From Terracidiphilus sp. (lineage in GTDB: Bacteria > Acidobacteriota > Terriglobia > Terriglobales > Acidobacteriaceae), in assembly GCA_035529815.1 (NCBI GenBank), contig DATKWA010000071.1, forward strand, positions 1-30,135: a stretch of 30,135 nucleotides of DNA, written 5' to 3'. Positions 1-8,943 of this stretch are shown here, one piece after another; the first letter of the stretch is position 1; each line of letters begins with the position of its first letter. The position numbers were made by a program, and so were the translations under genes. The notes beneath the pieces were generated by a model, which did not search any database, was not told the origin of the DNA, and worked only from the letters and a program-made list of their open reading frames with translations.

Positions 1-461
1 ACTCGGTGTGGCTGGTCTTCTTCGACGGCGAAGAGGCCTTCAATACCTGGTCGCGCTCCGACTCGACTTACGGCAGCCGCCACCTGGCCGCGCGCTGGGG
101 CCGCGACGGAACCCTGAGACAGATCAAGGCATTTATGCTGGCCGATATGATCGGCGACAAGGACCTCGACATTCAGCGCGAATCGAACTCGACCGGCTGG
201 CTGATCGATCTGGTCGGGCAGGCGGCCCACCGGTTCGGCTACGACCGCTATTTCTTCCAACAGGAGATGGCTGTCGAAGACGACCACCTGCCCTTTGTCG
301 AGCGCGGCGTTCCTTCTATCGACGTCATCGACCTGGACTACGGACCCAACAACAGCTATCACCACACCGCCCAGGACACGATGAACAAAATCAGTGCCCG
401 CAGCCTGACCATCGACGGCGATGTGTTTATGGAAACGATCCGGCTGATCGATCAAAAATAA
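1..461 (+). CDS. M28-family metallopeptidase / glutaminyl-cyclase-like protein, C-terminal fragment (5' end lies upstream of the window)
   Basis: Frame is open from the window edge to the TAA at 459-461. FFDGEE (Glu-Glu pair), DMIGDKD and SYHHTAQD motifs are typical of M28 aminopeptidase-fold proteins. Confidence 0.8.
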   Translation, partial: SVWLVFFDGEEAFNTWSRSDSTYGSRHLAARWGRDGTLRQIKAFMLADMIGDKDLDIQRESNSTGWLIDLVGQAAHRFGYDRYFFQQEMAVEDDHLPFVERGVPSIDVIDLDYGPNNSYHHTAQDTMNKISARSLTIDGDVFMETIRLIDQK

Positions 462-523
462 AAAGCACACACCATGAAATAGAGAGCGCGCTTCGTGAGA
501 CCGCGCGGAAAGTGGAGCGGAAA

Positions 524-1390
524 TTGGCTCAAGCGGAAATTGGCATTATAGGGGGCAGCGGACTTTACTCCATGCCCGGATTCACAAATGTGCATGAAGA
601 ACGCGTGGAAACGCCCTTTGGTGAGCCGTCCGACCCGTTTGTGCTCGGCGAGTTGGAAGGCCGCAAAGTTGCGTTTCTGGCGCGGCATGGGCGCGGCCAC
701 CGCATCCTGCCCTCGGAGTTGAACTTCCGCGCCAACATTTATGCCTTCAAGAAACTTGGCGTCGAGCGCATTCTTTCGGTTTCTGCCGTTGGGTCGCTCA
801 AGGAAGAACACAAGCCAACCGATTTTGTCATGCCGGATCAATTCATCGACCGCACGTTTCACCGCGTCTCCACATTCTTCGGCGAGGGCATTGTGGGCCA
901 CGTGGCCTTTGGCGATCCGGTGTGCGCAACGGTGGCCAAGGCTGCAACCGAAGCCTGCGCGATAGTGGGCGTGGTGGGCAAACTCGGCGGCACCTACGTT
1001 TGCATGGAAGGTCCGCAGTTCTCCACCAAGGCCGAGTCGAATCTTTATCGCAGTTGGGGCGCGGACGTGATCGGGATGACGAACCTGCAGGAAGCAAAGC
1101 TGGCGCGCGAGGCGGAGATCTGCTACGCCACCATTGCCATGGTCACCGACTACGACTGCTGGCGCGAAGGCCACGACGCAGTAACCATCGAAGAAATCGT
1201 CGCCGTGCTGCATAAGAATGCCGATAACGCAGCGAGGGTCGTGAAAGCCGCCGTGGCTGCTATGCCGCGCGAACGCGCCTGCGCATGCGCCTCGGCCGCA
1301 AAGTTTGCCGTGCTGACGCAGCCGGACGCAATTCCCGCGGCGGCAAAGGAAAAGCTCAAGCTTCTGTTTGGCAAATATTTGGGATCGTAG
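524..1390 (+). CDS. mtnP: S-methyl-5'-thioadenosine phosphorylase
   Basis: Collinear with MTAP from [11 protein letters not shown] through TDYDCW. The listed ORF 8..1390 is an upstream GC-driven extension. TTG at 524 is preceded by GGAG at 514-517 and gives [14 protein letters not shown] at 512 is an alternative start. Confidence 0.9.
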   Translation: MAQAEIGIIGGSGLYSMPGFTNVHEERVETPFGEPSDPFVLGELEGRKVAFLARHGRGHRILPSELNFRANIYAFKKLGVERILSVSAVGSLKEEHKPTDFVMPDQFIDRTFHRVSTFFGEGIVGHVAFGDPVCATVAKAATEACAIVGVVGKLGGTYVCMEGPQFSTKAESNLYRSWGADVIGMTNLQEAKLAREAEICYATIAMVTDYDCWREGHDAVTIEEIVAVLHKNADNAARVVKAAVAAMPRERACACASAAKFAVLTQPDAIPAAAKEKLKLLFGKYLGS

Positions 1391-1468
1391 CGGCGTTTGC
1401 GGAGCCTGTAGCGTTGGCGGCGGCTTCATCGGAAACAAATTAAAACGAGTATGCAAGAGAGGAAATGA

Positions 1469-2392
1469 ATGGCAATCACGGTTGTGGGCAGCGTTGCGTA
1501 CGATTCGATTGAAACTCCGGCAGGACGCCGGGACCGTTGCCTGGGCGGCGCGGCAACTCACTTTTCGCTGGCGGCCAGCTTCTTTACCGACGTGCGCGTC
1601 ATCGCCGTCGTAGGCGAGGACTTCGGGCCCGAGCAGGAAGCGGTCTTTCATGCGCACAAGATCGACACGCGCGGAATTGAGCACGCCAAGGGCAAGAGCT
1701 TTTTCTGGGAAGGCTCGTATCTCGACAACCTGAATGAAGCCCAGACACGCCAGACCGATTTAAATGTCTTTGCCTCGTTCGAGCCCAAGATTCCCGAAGC
1801 CTATCGCGACTCGGAGTTTCTATTTCTGGCCAACATTGACCCCGTGCTGCAGCGGCGCGTGCGCGAAGCAATGCCCGATGTGAAGCTGGTGGCCGGCGAC
1901 ACGATGAATTACTGGATCAAGGATCATCGCGCCGCGCTGCTTGAGGTGCTGAAGGGCCTGGACATGCTGCTCATCAACGACACCGAAGCACGCATGCTGG
2001 CCGGCGACAACAACCTGGTTAAGGCTGCGCGCGCGGTCATGACGATGGGCCCGAGCTCGCTGGTCATCAAGCACGGCGAATATGGGGCCTCAATCTACCA
2101 TCGCGCCGGAGCCAATGGCGAATCGTCAAAGACGTTCAAAACCCCGGCGCTGCCTCTGGAAGAAGTGGTGGACCCGACCGGCGCCGGCGACAGCTTCGCC
2201 GGTGGCTTCTTCGGCTATCTTGCTTCGCAGCCCGAGCTGACGCCTGCCGCCTATCGGCGCGCAATGTTTTACGGCAGCGTGATGGGCTCGTTCGCCGTAG
2301 AGCGGTTTGGAACCGAGCGAATCGCCCAGCTCTCCCGGAAGGAGATTGACGACCGCTTTAACGAGTTCCGCGAGTTGACTCACATTGACTGA
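1469..2392 (+). CDS. PfkB-family carbohydrate/nucleoside kinase
   Basis: 307 aa ORF with an ATG start and a GAGAGG RBS. DPTGAGDSFAGGF matches the PfkB signature-2 (DTxGAGD). Ribokinase-like N-terminus ITVVGSVAYD. Confidence 0.85.
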   Translation: MAITVVGSVAYDSIETPAGRRDRCLGGAATHFSLAASFFTDVRVIAVVGEDFGPEQEAVFHAHKIDTRGIEHAKGKSFFWEGSYLDNLNEAQTRQTDLNVFASFEPKIPEAYRDSEFLFLANIDPVLQRRVREAMPDVKLVAGDTMNYWIKDHRAALLEVLKGLDMLLINDTEARMLAGDNNLVKAARAVMTMGPSSLVIKHGEYGASIYHRAGANGESSKTFKTPALPLEEVVDPTGAGDSFAGGFFGYLASQPELTPAAYRRAMFYGSVMGSFAVERFGTERIAQLSRKEIDDRFNEFRELTHID

Positions 2393-4040
2393 GAAAACAA
2401 TCTCTCGTGCTGGCATTGCCCGCGTTGAAGTCATAACCGTGCTGGTTTGCTCGGCTGTGGCTTCGTTGGCAGCCATCGCGTGGAGCTGGCAAAACGGCGC
2501 TCTGCTCAACTACGGCGACGCTGTTGCCCATTTGCACATTGCGCGGCGGGTGTTCGATTCTCATCAGCCACGGCTCTCGCAACTCGGCTCGGTGTGGCTC
2601 CCGCTGCCGCACATTTTAATGCTTCCGTTCGTCCAGGTTTACAGCTGGTGGGCCAACGGCATCGCCGGCATCATTCCGTCCGCGCTGGCTTACGTGGCCA
2701 GTTGCATCGGCATTTACCGGCTGGCGCGGCGCTGGCTCAAGCCTCCTTCTGCTGCTCTTGCCCTGACCTTTTTCGCCCTCAATCCAAACCTTCTCTACTT
2801 GCAAACCACGGCGATGACCGAGCCGCTGTTTGTGTGCGAGATGATCTGGATTGTCGTCTGGCTCGTGGAATGGCGCGCACTTCTGGACCAAGACGCGCGC
2901 AAATCCGATCATTTGCTGGGCTGGATCGCGGCGGCGCTCGTGGCAGCCATCTTCACCCGCTACGACGGCTGGATCATGGCTCTGCTCGCGTCGTCAACCA
3001 TTGGCATTGAGCTACTCCGCCGCAATCGGCTGCGCTCACGCGCCTTCTGGCTGGCCACCGCTTTCGTGGTCGCCGCGCCCATTGCCTGGTTCGTGTACAA
3101 CGCCGCGGCCTTTGGCGACTGGCTTGAATTTGCGCGCGGCCCTTACTCGGCCAAAGCCATCGAACTGCGCACCGCCGCGCATGGCGCCGGGCCACCGCAC
3201 CCGGGCTGGCACAATCCGTGGGTCTCGCTGCTCTTCTATTTGAAGGCGTCAGAGATGGACGCCTTCGCCGTGGCATGGGGCAACACGCTGCTGGCTCTCA
3301 GCGCGCTGGGCACGGCGTTTGCCTGGCTCACTGCCCGCCGCCGCGCATTCACATGGGCTCTGCTGCTGTGGCTGCCGGTTCCCTTCTACGCGTATTCCGT
3401 GGCCTACGGCTCGGTGCCAATTTTCCTGCCGCCCTGGTGGCCGCACTCCTGGTACAACACCCGCTACGGTATGGAGCTGCTGCCCGCGCTGGCCCTGGGC
3501 CTGGGCTTTGCCGCGAGCTTTGCGATCGGCGCCGTGCGGGAGTTCAAGCCTCAATGGGCAAAGTACGCGGCTGGTGTTTTGTTCGCCCTCGTGGCTCTGA
3601 ATGCCTGGCAATTAGTACGCAAAGGGCCGCTGGTCTATGTGGAAGGCACCAAGAACATCGCCGCGCACCGGCCTTATCAAACAGAGATTCCGCCGGCATT
3701 GCGCGCGCTGCTGGCCAAGCGGCCCGGCGCAGTCATCCTGATGGAAACCTCCGTCGATCCGGAGATTGTGGCGCGCACTGGCATTCCGCTGCGGCAGACA
3801 ATCAACGAGGCCGATCTCGAAATCTGGGACACGGCGCTAAAAGCGCCGTCTGCCCATGCCGCAATCGTTTTAGCCTTTGATGGCGACGCGGTAGATCGCG
3901 CCGTCAAAGCTCATCCTGAAGGATTGACCGCGGTTGCCCATTTCTCGGCGAAGGGGCAGCCATCGGGAACGCTCTACGTCGCCGATAGCCCCGCAAGCCA
4001 CTCCGCGCCAAAGCCCACAACAAGCCGGGTTGCGCAATGA
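2385..4040 (+). CDS. Polytopic membrane protein, GT-C fold (family 39 / ArnT-PMT-like glycosyltransferase), function inferred
   Basis: 551 aa with more than 10 predicted hydrophobic helices and a PMT_2-like N-terminal region (NPNLLYLQTTAMTEPLF). TTG start overlaps the pfkB stop by 8 nt, so the start is uncertain; GTG at 2439 is possible. Confidence 0.7.
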   Translation: MTEKTISRAGIARVEVITVLVCSAVASLAAIAWSWQNGALLNYGDAVAHLHIARRVFDSHQPRLSQLGSVWLPLPHILMLPFVQVYSWWANGIAGIIPSALAYVASCIGIYRLARRWLKPPSAALALTFFALNPNLLYLQTTAMTEPLFVCEMIWIVVWLVEWRALLDQDARKSDHLLGWIAAALVAAIFTRYDGWIMALLASSTIGIELLRRNRLRSRAFWLATAFVVAAPIAWFVYNAAAFGDWLEFARGPYSAKAIELRTAAHGAGPPHPGWHNPWVSLLFYLKASEMDAFAVAWGNTLLALSALGTAFAWLTARRRAFTWALLLWLPVPFYAYSVAYGSVPIFLPPWWPHSWYNTRYGMELLPALALGLGFAASFAIGAVREFKPQWAKYAAGVLFALVALNAWQLVRKGPLVYVEGTKNIAAHRPYQTEIPPALRALLAKRPGAVILMETSVDPEIVARTGIPLRQTINEADLEIWDTALKAPSAHAAIVLAFDGDAVDRAVKAHPEGLTAVAHFSAKGQPSGTLYVADSPASHSAPKPTTSRVAQ

Positions 4041-4186
4041 TAGCATCGGGCAAGGCGGTGAATTGCGGTCCCCAGCCTCGCTGGTTGCTCGGCCTTGCAT
4101 CGCAAGCCGCCCCATCGCCAGTTCTCGGGGCGAAACACGGCTCCGATTTTCGATGAACCGTTTCGATTTCGTTTTTTGGAGGCAGG

Positions 4187-5005
4187 TTGATTTCCTTTTC
4201 GAAAGCGCACGCCTGCGGCAACGACTTTCTGATCGTGACGGAAGAAGCCGCACAAGGCCACAACTGGGCTGACCTGACGCAGCGTCTGTGCGCGCGCAAT
4301 ACCGGCGTGGGCGCCGACGGCATTGAATTTTTCGCCTGGACGGGCGAGAAGTCGGGGCGCATCCGGCTGCACAACGCCGATGGGTCCGTCGCCGAGATCA
4401 GCGGCAACGGGACGCGCTGCGTGGCAGCGTGGATGGCGCGCGAGCGCAATCTGCAGGCCGGCGACGATCTCGAGATTGCAACCGATGCAGGCGTACGCGT
4501 CTGCCGCATCAACGGCGTTCAATCCGATGGCGAATTTACTGTGGATGTTACCACTGGGATGGGCGTTCCAACGTATGTGCCCAGGACGGTCAAGCTCAAG
4601 AGCGGCATTGAAATTTCCGGCGTTGAAATTTCAACCGGCAATCCGCACTTCGTAATCGTGCTGGACATCGACGAGTTCGAAGCAGGGGACATGTCGTGGC
4701 ACGAAATCGGCGCGGAGGTCTGTACACATCCCGATTTTCCCAACCAGACGAATGTGGAATTTGTGCGCATCGTCAGCAAGCATGAGATTGAGATTCGCAT
4801 CTTCGAGCGCGGCGTGGGTCCCACAACCTCGTCGGGCACCGGCAGTTCGGCATCGGCCACGGCAGCGTTGGCCATGCACGGCTGCGTTTCACCACTGACC
4901 GTCGTGGCTCCCGGCGGCGCACAGTCCGTGGCCTGGGATGGGCCCGGCACTGAGTTGCGCCTCACCGGTCCAGCTGCCCTGATCGCTCGGGGCGAGGCCT
5001 GGTAA
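4187..5005 (+). CDS. dapF: Diaminopimelate epimerase family protein (DapF fold); both canonical catalytic Cys positions are Ser
   Basis: Collinear with E. coli DapF (CGNDFLIV, NADGS....GNGTR, GNPHFV, ERGVG). TTG start follows GGAGG at 5 nt spacing. S72 (AGC 4400-4402) and S216 (TCG 4832-4834) occupy the two active-site Cys columns. Confidence 0.85.
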   Translation: MISFSKAHACGNDFLIVTEEAAQGHNWADLTQRLCARNTGVGADGIEFFAWTGEKSGRIRLHNADGSVAEISGNGTRCVAAWMARERNLQAGDDLEIATDAGVRVCRINGVQSDGEFTVDVTTGMGVPTYVPRTVKLKSGIEISGVEISTGNPHFVIVLDIDEFEAGDMSWHEIGAEVCTHPDFPNQTNVEFVRIVSKHEIEIRIFERGVGPTTSSGTGSSASATAALAMHGCVSPLTVVAPGGAQSVAWDGPGTELRLTGPAALIARGEAW

Positions 5006-5007
5006 GC

Positions 5008-5952
5008 ATGCCGCCGCTCGCTACAAATCTGTTGAGGCCGCTGGCCGTTCCGGCCGGCGCAGGCGTCAGCGTAATTGCGCCCGCTTCGTTTGCGCAGCCC
5101 GACCGCATCAGCAACGGGCTTGAAGCTTTGCGCGCGCTTGGATTGGTCGCACGCCTCGCACCGTCTGCTCTCGAACGCGGACCGCTTTACTTTGCCGGAA
5201 CGACTGAGCAACGGCTTGCCGACCTGCACGCGGCCTTTGCCGATGAGACAACGAGTGCGGTAATGTGCGTGCGCGGTGGCTACGGCTCCAATTATCTGCT
5301 CGACGGGTTGGACATCGACCTGATCCGCAAGCATCCCAAACCGTTTTTCGCATACAGTGACCTGACCGGCGTGCAACTGCGGTTGCTGGATGAGCTGGCA
5401 CTGCCTGCGTTTCACGGGCCCATGGTGGCCGCGGATTTTTATCTTGCAGACGGCGTGCATATGGAAAGCTTTCAAGCGGCGCTTACGGGCGAGCCGTACG
5501 GTGTAGGAGCGGCGGAAGGCCTGCGCGCATTGAAGTCGGGAACAGCCAGCGGAGTTCTCTACGGTGGCTGCCTCAGCATTCTGGTTTCCCTGCTGGGCAC
5601 CGAGTGGGAACCGCAGACCGAGAACAAACTGCTGTTTCTTGAAGACACAGGCGCCAAGCCGTTCCAGGTGGACCGCATGTTATGGCAGTTGCGCAATGCT
5701 GGAAAACTGGAGGGTGTGCGCGGCATTGTTTTTGGCGAGATGCTGGACTGCGTTTCTCCGGGCGCGCCGCCTGAGTTAATCGAGGAAGCAATCCTGAGCG
5801 CGCTGACCGGCTTCGATGGGCCAATCGCGATTGGACTGCGCAGCGGGCATGTCTCGCGGCAGAATGTAACTCTGACCTTTGGCGTTCAGGCAGAGCTGAC
5901 AGTTGGCGCAGAGACACAATTGCGTTTGCTTGAACCCGCAGTAAGAAAATAG
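5008..5952 (+). CDS. ldcA: LD-carboxypeptidase (peptidase S66, muramoyltetrapeptide carboxypeptidase)
   Basis: 314 aa. VRGGYGSNYLL, the nucleophile motif FFAYSDLT, FLED and SGH triad elements are present. ATG lies 3 nt after the dapF stop. Confidence 0.88.
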   Translation: MPPLATNLLRPLAVPAGAGVSVIAPASFAQPDRISNGLEALRALGLVARLAPSALERGPLYFAGTTEQRLADLHAAFADETTSAVMCVRGGYGSNYLLDGLDIDLIRKHPKPFFAYSDLTGVQLRLLDELALPAFHGPMVAADFYLADGVHMESFQAALTGEPYGVGAAEGLRALKSGTASGVLYGGCLSILVSLLGTEWEPQTENKLLFLEDTGAKPFQVDRMLWQLRNAGKLEGVRGIVFGEMLDCVSPGAPPELIEEAILSALTGFDGPIAIGLRSGHVSRQNVTLTFGVQAELTVGAETQLRLLEPAVRK

Positions 5953-5968
5953 AGACTAGGAAATAGCT

Positions 5969-7390
5969 TTGAGTAAGCACATTCATCTGAGTGGAATTTG
6001 CGGAACGGCGATGGCGTCAATGGCCGGGCTGTTGCAGTTGCAGGGGCATCGCATTACAGGCTCCGACAAGGCGGCCTATCCGCCCATGAGCGATCTGCTG
6101 CACGGGCTGGGAATTCCGATCATGGAGCCCTACGCGGAGACGAACCTGGAACCGAAGCCGGACCTCGTCGTTATTGGCAATGCCCTTTCGCGCGGCAATC
6201 CGGAAGTAGAGCGCGTGCTCGACGAGCGTATTCCCTTCACATCCATGGCCGCGCTGCTGCGCGAGGAATTTCTTGTCGGTCGCGAGTCGCTGGTGGTCGC
6301 CGGAACGCACGGCAAGACCACAACAACCAGCATGTTGGCGTGGATTTACCAGACGGCTGCACGTGCGACGCCAAAGTTGGAGCCATCGTTCTTGATCGGT
6401 GGCGTAGCAGAAAACTTTGGATCGAGCTTTCAGCTGCGCCCGACGCGCACGTTTATCGTTGAAGGCGACGAGTACGACACAGCCTTCTTCGACAAGGGAC
6501 CAAAGTTTCTGCACTACTTTCCCGACGCGCTGATTCTGACTCACGTCGAGTTCGACCATGCGGACATTTATGCCGATCTTGATGCGGTGAAGACGGCCTT
6601 CAAGCGTCTGGTCAACCTGGTTCCGCGTCGCGGCCTCATCGTCGCCTATGACGGCAGCGATAATGTCTCCGAGTGCATCTCTCATGCGCTGTGCCGCGTG
6701 GAGCGTTATGGCTTTTCTGCAAGCGCAGACTGGCAGATCAGGAATCTTCGCCATGACAAGGGGTTCACTCGCTGGGAGGTGTGGCGCACCGGCGCGTTGT
6801 GGACAGAGCTTGAAATGAACATGCCGGGCGAGCACAATGCCCTGAACGCAACGGCCGCCGCGGCTCTGGCCTCCGAACGGGGAGTGAGCAAGAGAGCAAT
6901 CTGCGAAGCGCTCAAAACCTTCAAGAGTGTGAAGCGGCGACTCGAAGTGCGCGCTGAGATCGCGGGCATTACGGTTATTGAAGACTTTGCGCATCACCCC
7001 ACGGCCATTCGCGAGACACTGCGAGCACTGCGGTCCGTGTATCCGCAGGCGCGGTTATGGGCGGTGCTGGAACCGCGCTCGAACACGCTGCGGCGCAAGG
7101 TGCTCGAAGCCGATTTGATTGCGAGCCTTCGCCTGGCCGACAACGTTGTGCTCGCCGGTGTCTATCAGCAGCAACGCATTCCCGATACCGAGCGCCTGCA
7201 TCCAGAAGACGTGATCGCAGCACTCAATGCAAACGGCGCAAAAGCCGAACTGTTGCCGGACGCCGATGCGATCGTCGACGGAATTGCGGAGCGGCTCAAG
7301 CCCGGCGACGTCGTTGCGATTCTCTCCAATGGCGGATTCGACCGCATCTACGAGAAACTACCAGCGCGGCTCATGGAACTCCACTCCTGA
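5969..7390 (+). CDS. mpl: UDP-N-acetylmuramate:L-alanyl-gamma-D-glutamyl-meso-diaminopimelate ligase
   Basis: N-terminus IHLSGICGTAMASMAGLLQ..GSD..YPPMS and P-loop AGTHGKTTTTSM are collinear with E. coli Mpl. TTG start. Confidence 0.9.
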   Translation: MSKHIHLSGICGTAMASMAGLLQLQGHRITGSDKAAYPPMSDLLHGLGIPIMEPYAETNLEPKPDLVVIGNALSRGNPEVERVLDERIPFTSMAALLREEFLVGRESLVVAGTHGKTTTTSMLAWIYQTAARATPKLEPSFLIGGVAENFGSSFQLRPTRTFIVEGDEYDTAFFDKGPKFLHYFPDALILTHVEFDHADIYADLDAVKTAFKRLVNLVPRRGLIVAYDGSDNVSECISHALCRVERYGFSASADWQIRNLRHDKGFTRWEVWRTGALWTELEMNMPGEHNALNATAAAALASERGVSKRAICEALKTFKSVKRRLEVRAEIAGITVIEDFAHHPTAIRETLRALRSVYPQARLWAVLEPRSNTLRRKVLEADLIASLRLADNVVLAGVYQQQRIPDTERLHPEDVIAALNANGAKAELLPDADAIVDGIAERLKPGDVVAILSNGGFDRIYEKLPARLMELHS

Positions 7391-7407
7391 CCGCACGGAA
7401 AGACCGT

Positions 7408-8118
7408 ATGCTTTCATCGCTCATCTTCATCGTCACGATGGTCGTTTCCGGGATTCCAACCGCACTGCTGTTTATTCCCTGGTGCTGGTTGACGGGCAAC
7501 GTGCTGCCACTCTACAAGGGCACGCGTTTCATGCTCTCGACCAGTTGCCGCCTGTCCGGTGTACGCTTCCGTACCACAGGCCTCGAAAACGTGCCCCGCG
7601 ATCGCGCCTGCATCTTCATGGCAAATCACGTGTCGAATCTCGATCCGCCGGCGCTCATTTCGCTGATCCCGGGACGCACATCGGCTTTTTTGAAACGCTC
7701 ACTGATGCAGTTGCCTATTCTCGGCACCGGCTTTCGGCAGGGCGAATTCATTGCCGTGGACCGCAGCGGCAATGCCGCAGCAGCCAGGGAGAGTGTGGCC
7801 GCAGCCGAACGAGTGCTGGCAAAGGGCGTGCACATCACCACGTTTGTTGAAGGCACACGCTCGCCCGACGGACGCATGCTGCCCTTCAAGAAAGGGCCGT
7901 TCTTTCTGGCCATGAATACCCGCGCCCTGTGCGTGCCGGTCTCGATCTACGGAACTGAGAAGATCCTGCGCAAAGGCAGCCTCAGAATGCATCCGGGGCC
8001 GGCACATATCGTTTTTCATCCTCCCATTGACCCGGCCGACTTTGTCACACGCGAGGAGCTGACGCAGGCTGTCCGCGCAGCCATCGCCTCCGGATTGCCG
8101 GAGTGGATGCGAACATAG
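7408..8118 (+). CDS. plsC: 1-acyl-sn-glycerol-3-phosphate acyltransferase, copy 1
   Basis: ANHVSNLDP (HX4D), FVEGTRS and FKKGPF motifs. ATG at 7408 lies inside the longer listed ORF 7057..8118, whose upstream part overlaps mpl. Confidence 0.88.
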   Translation: MLSSLIFIVTMVVSGIPTALLFIPWCWLTGNVLPLYKGTRFMLSTSCRLSGVRFRTTGLENVPRDRACIFMANHVSNLDPPALISLIPGRTSAFLKRSLMQLPILGTGFRQGEFIAVDRSGNAAAARESVAAAERVLAKGVHITTFVEGTRSPDGRMLPFKKGPFFLAMNTRALCVPVSIYGTEKILRKGSLRMHPGPAHIVFHPPIDPADFVTREELTQAVRAAIASGLPEWMRT

Positions 8119-8197
8119 AGATACAGTACTTTTGCATTTGACTCCGCGGATGGAGCGCCGCGGCACAACCAATCTCAGCTCCCCGACGGAACCTCGC

Positions 8198-8908
8198 ATG
8201 ATCGTTTCGCTTTTCGTATTCGTAATCATTCTCGCGTTGAGCATTCCCTCCGCGCTGATCTTTATTCCGCTGGCCACAATCACCGGCAACGTCGGACCGC
8301 TCTACGCAGTGACTTGCTTCATTGTCCGCACTGGATTTCGCGCCGCGGGTATTCGCATGCGGGTCGAAGGGCGCGAGAATGTTCCCGCCGGCCAGGCGTG
8401 CATCTTCATGGCAAACCACGTGTCGAATCTAGACCCGCCGGGTCTGATCACTCTGATTCCGGGCCACACCTCCGCCTTCACCAAGCGTTCAGTTTTCAAC
8501 ATTCCCGTCTTCGGCCGCTGCCTCAAGCTCGCTGACTATATCCCTGTCGACCGAACCGGCAGCGTGTCCAGCGCACAGCAGAGCGTCGCCGCGGCCCGGC
8601 GAATTCTGGAGAAAGGCATCCACATTACTACATTCGTCGAAGGTACGCGCTCGCGAGACGGACGTCTGCTGCCTTTCAAAAAAGGGCCGTTCTACCTGGC
8701 AATGGAAACAGGTGCGCCGTGCATTCCCGTGTCGATCTTCGGAACGGAAACGCTGATGTCGAAAGGCAGCTTCGCCATCAAGTCGGGGACTGCGCATTTC
8801 ATCTTTCATCCGCCGATCTATCCCGGCAATTTTCAAACGCGCGAGGATCTGATGGCCGCCCTGCGTGCGTCGATTGCCTCGGGACTGCCGGAGTGGATGA
8901 GAAACTGA
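8198..8908 (+). CDS. plsC: 1-acyl-sn-glycerol-3-phosphate acyltransferase, copy 2 (tandem paralogue)
   Basis: Same motifs as copy 1 and collinear with it from MIVSLFVFV to ASGLPEWMRN. Start at 8198 was chosen by alignment to copy 1; 8132 and 8150 are alternatives. Confidence 0.85.
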   Translation: MIVSLFVFVIILALSIPSALIFIPLATITGNVGPLYAVTCFIVRTGFRAAGIRMRVEGRENVPAGQACIFMANHVSNLDPPGLITLIPGHTSAFTKRSVFNIPVFGRCLKLADYIPVDRTGSVSSAQQSVAAARRILEKGIHITTFVEGTRSRDGRLLPFKKGPFYLAMETGAPCIPVSIFGTETLMSKGSFAIKSGTAHFIFHPPIYPGNFQTREDLMAALRASIASGLPEWMRN

Positions 8909-8943
8909 GAGCGCACTGAATATTTCAAGAGAGGAAATCTACC

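Noticed and set aside
8-523. N-terminal 170-codon extension of the mtnP ORF (listed as 8..1390)
   Set aside because: It overlaps the well-supported M28 peptidase frame, its product is Arg/Pro-rich nonsense, and MTAP homology only begins at about 530. This is a typical GC-rich open-frame artefact.
452-1684. 410-aa antisense ORF opposite mtnP. Similar long antisense ORFs: 4519..5475, 6017..6997, 8833..9831, 13492..14865, 15371..16177, 18934..19827.
   Set aside because: Each lies fully opposite a gene with clear family motifs. The products are Arg/Ala/Gly/His-rich with no recognisable domains. These are shadow ORFs expected in GC-rich DNA.
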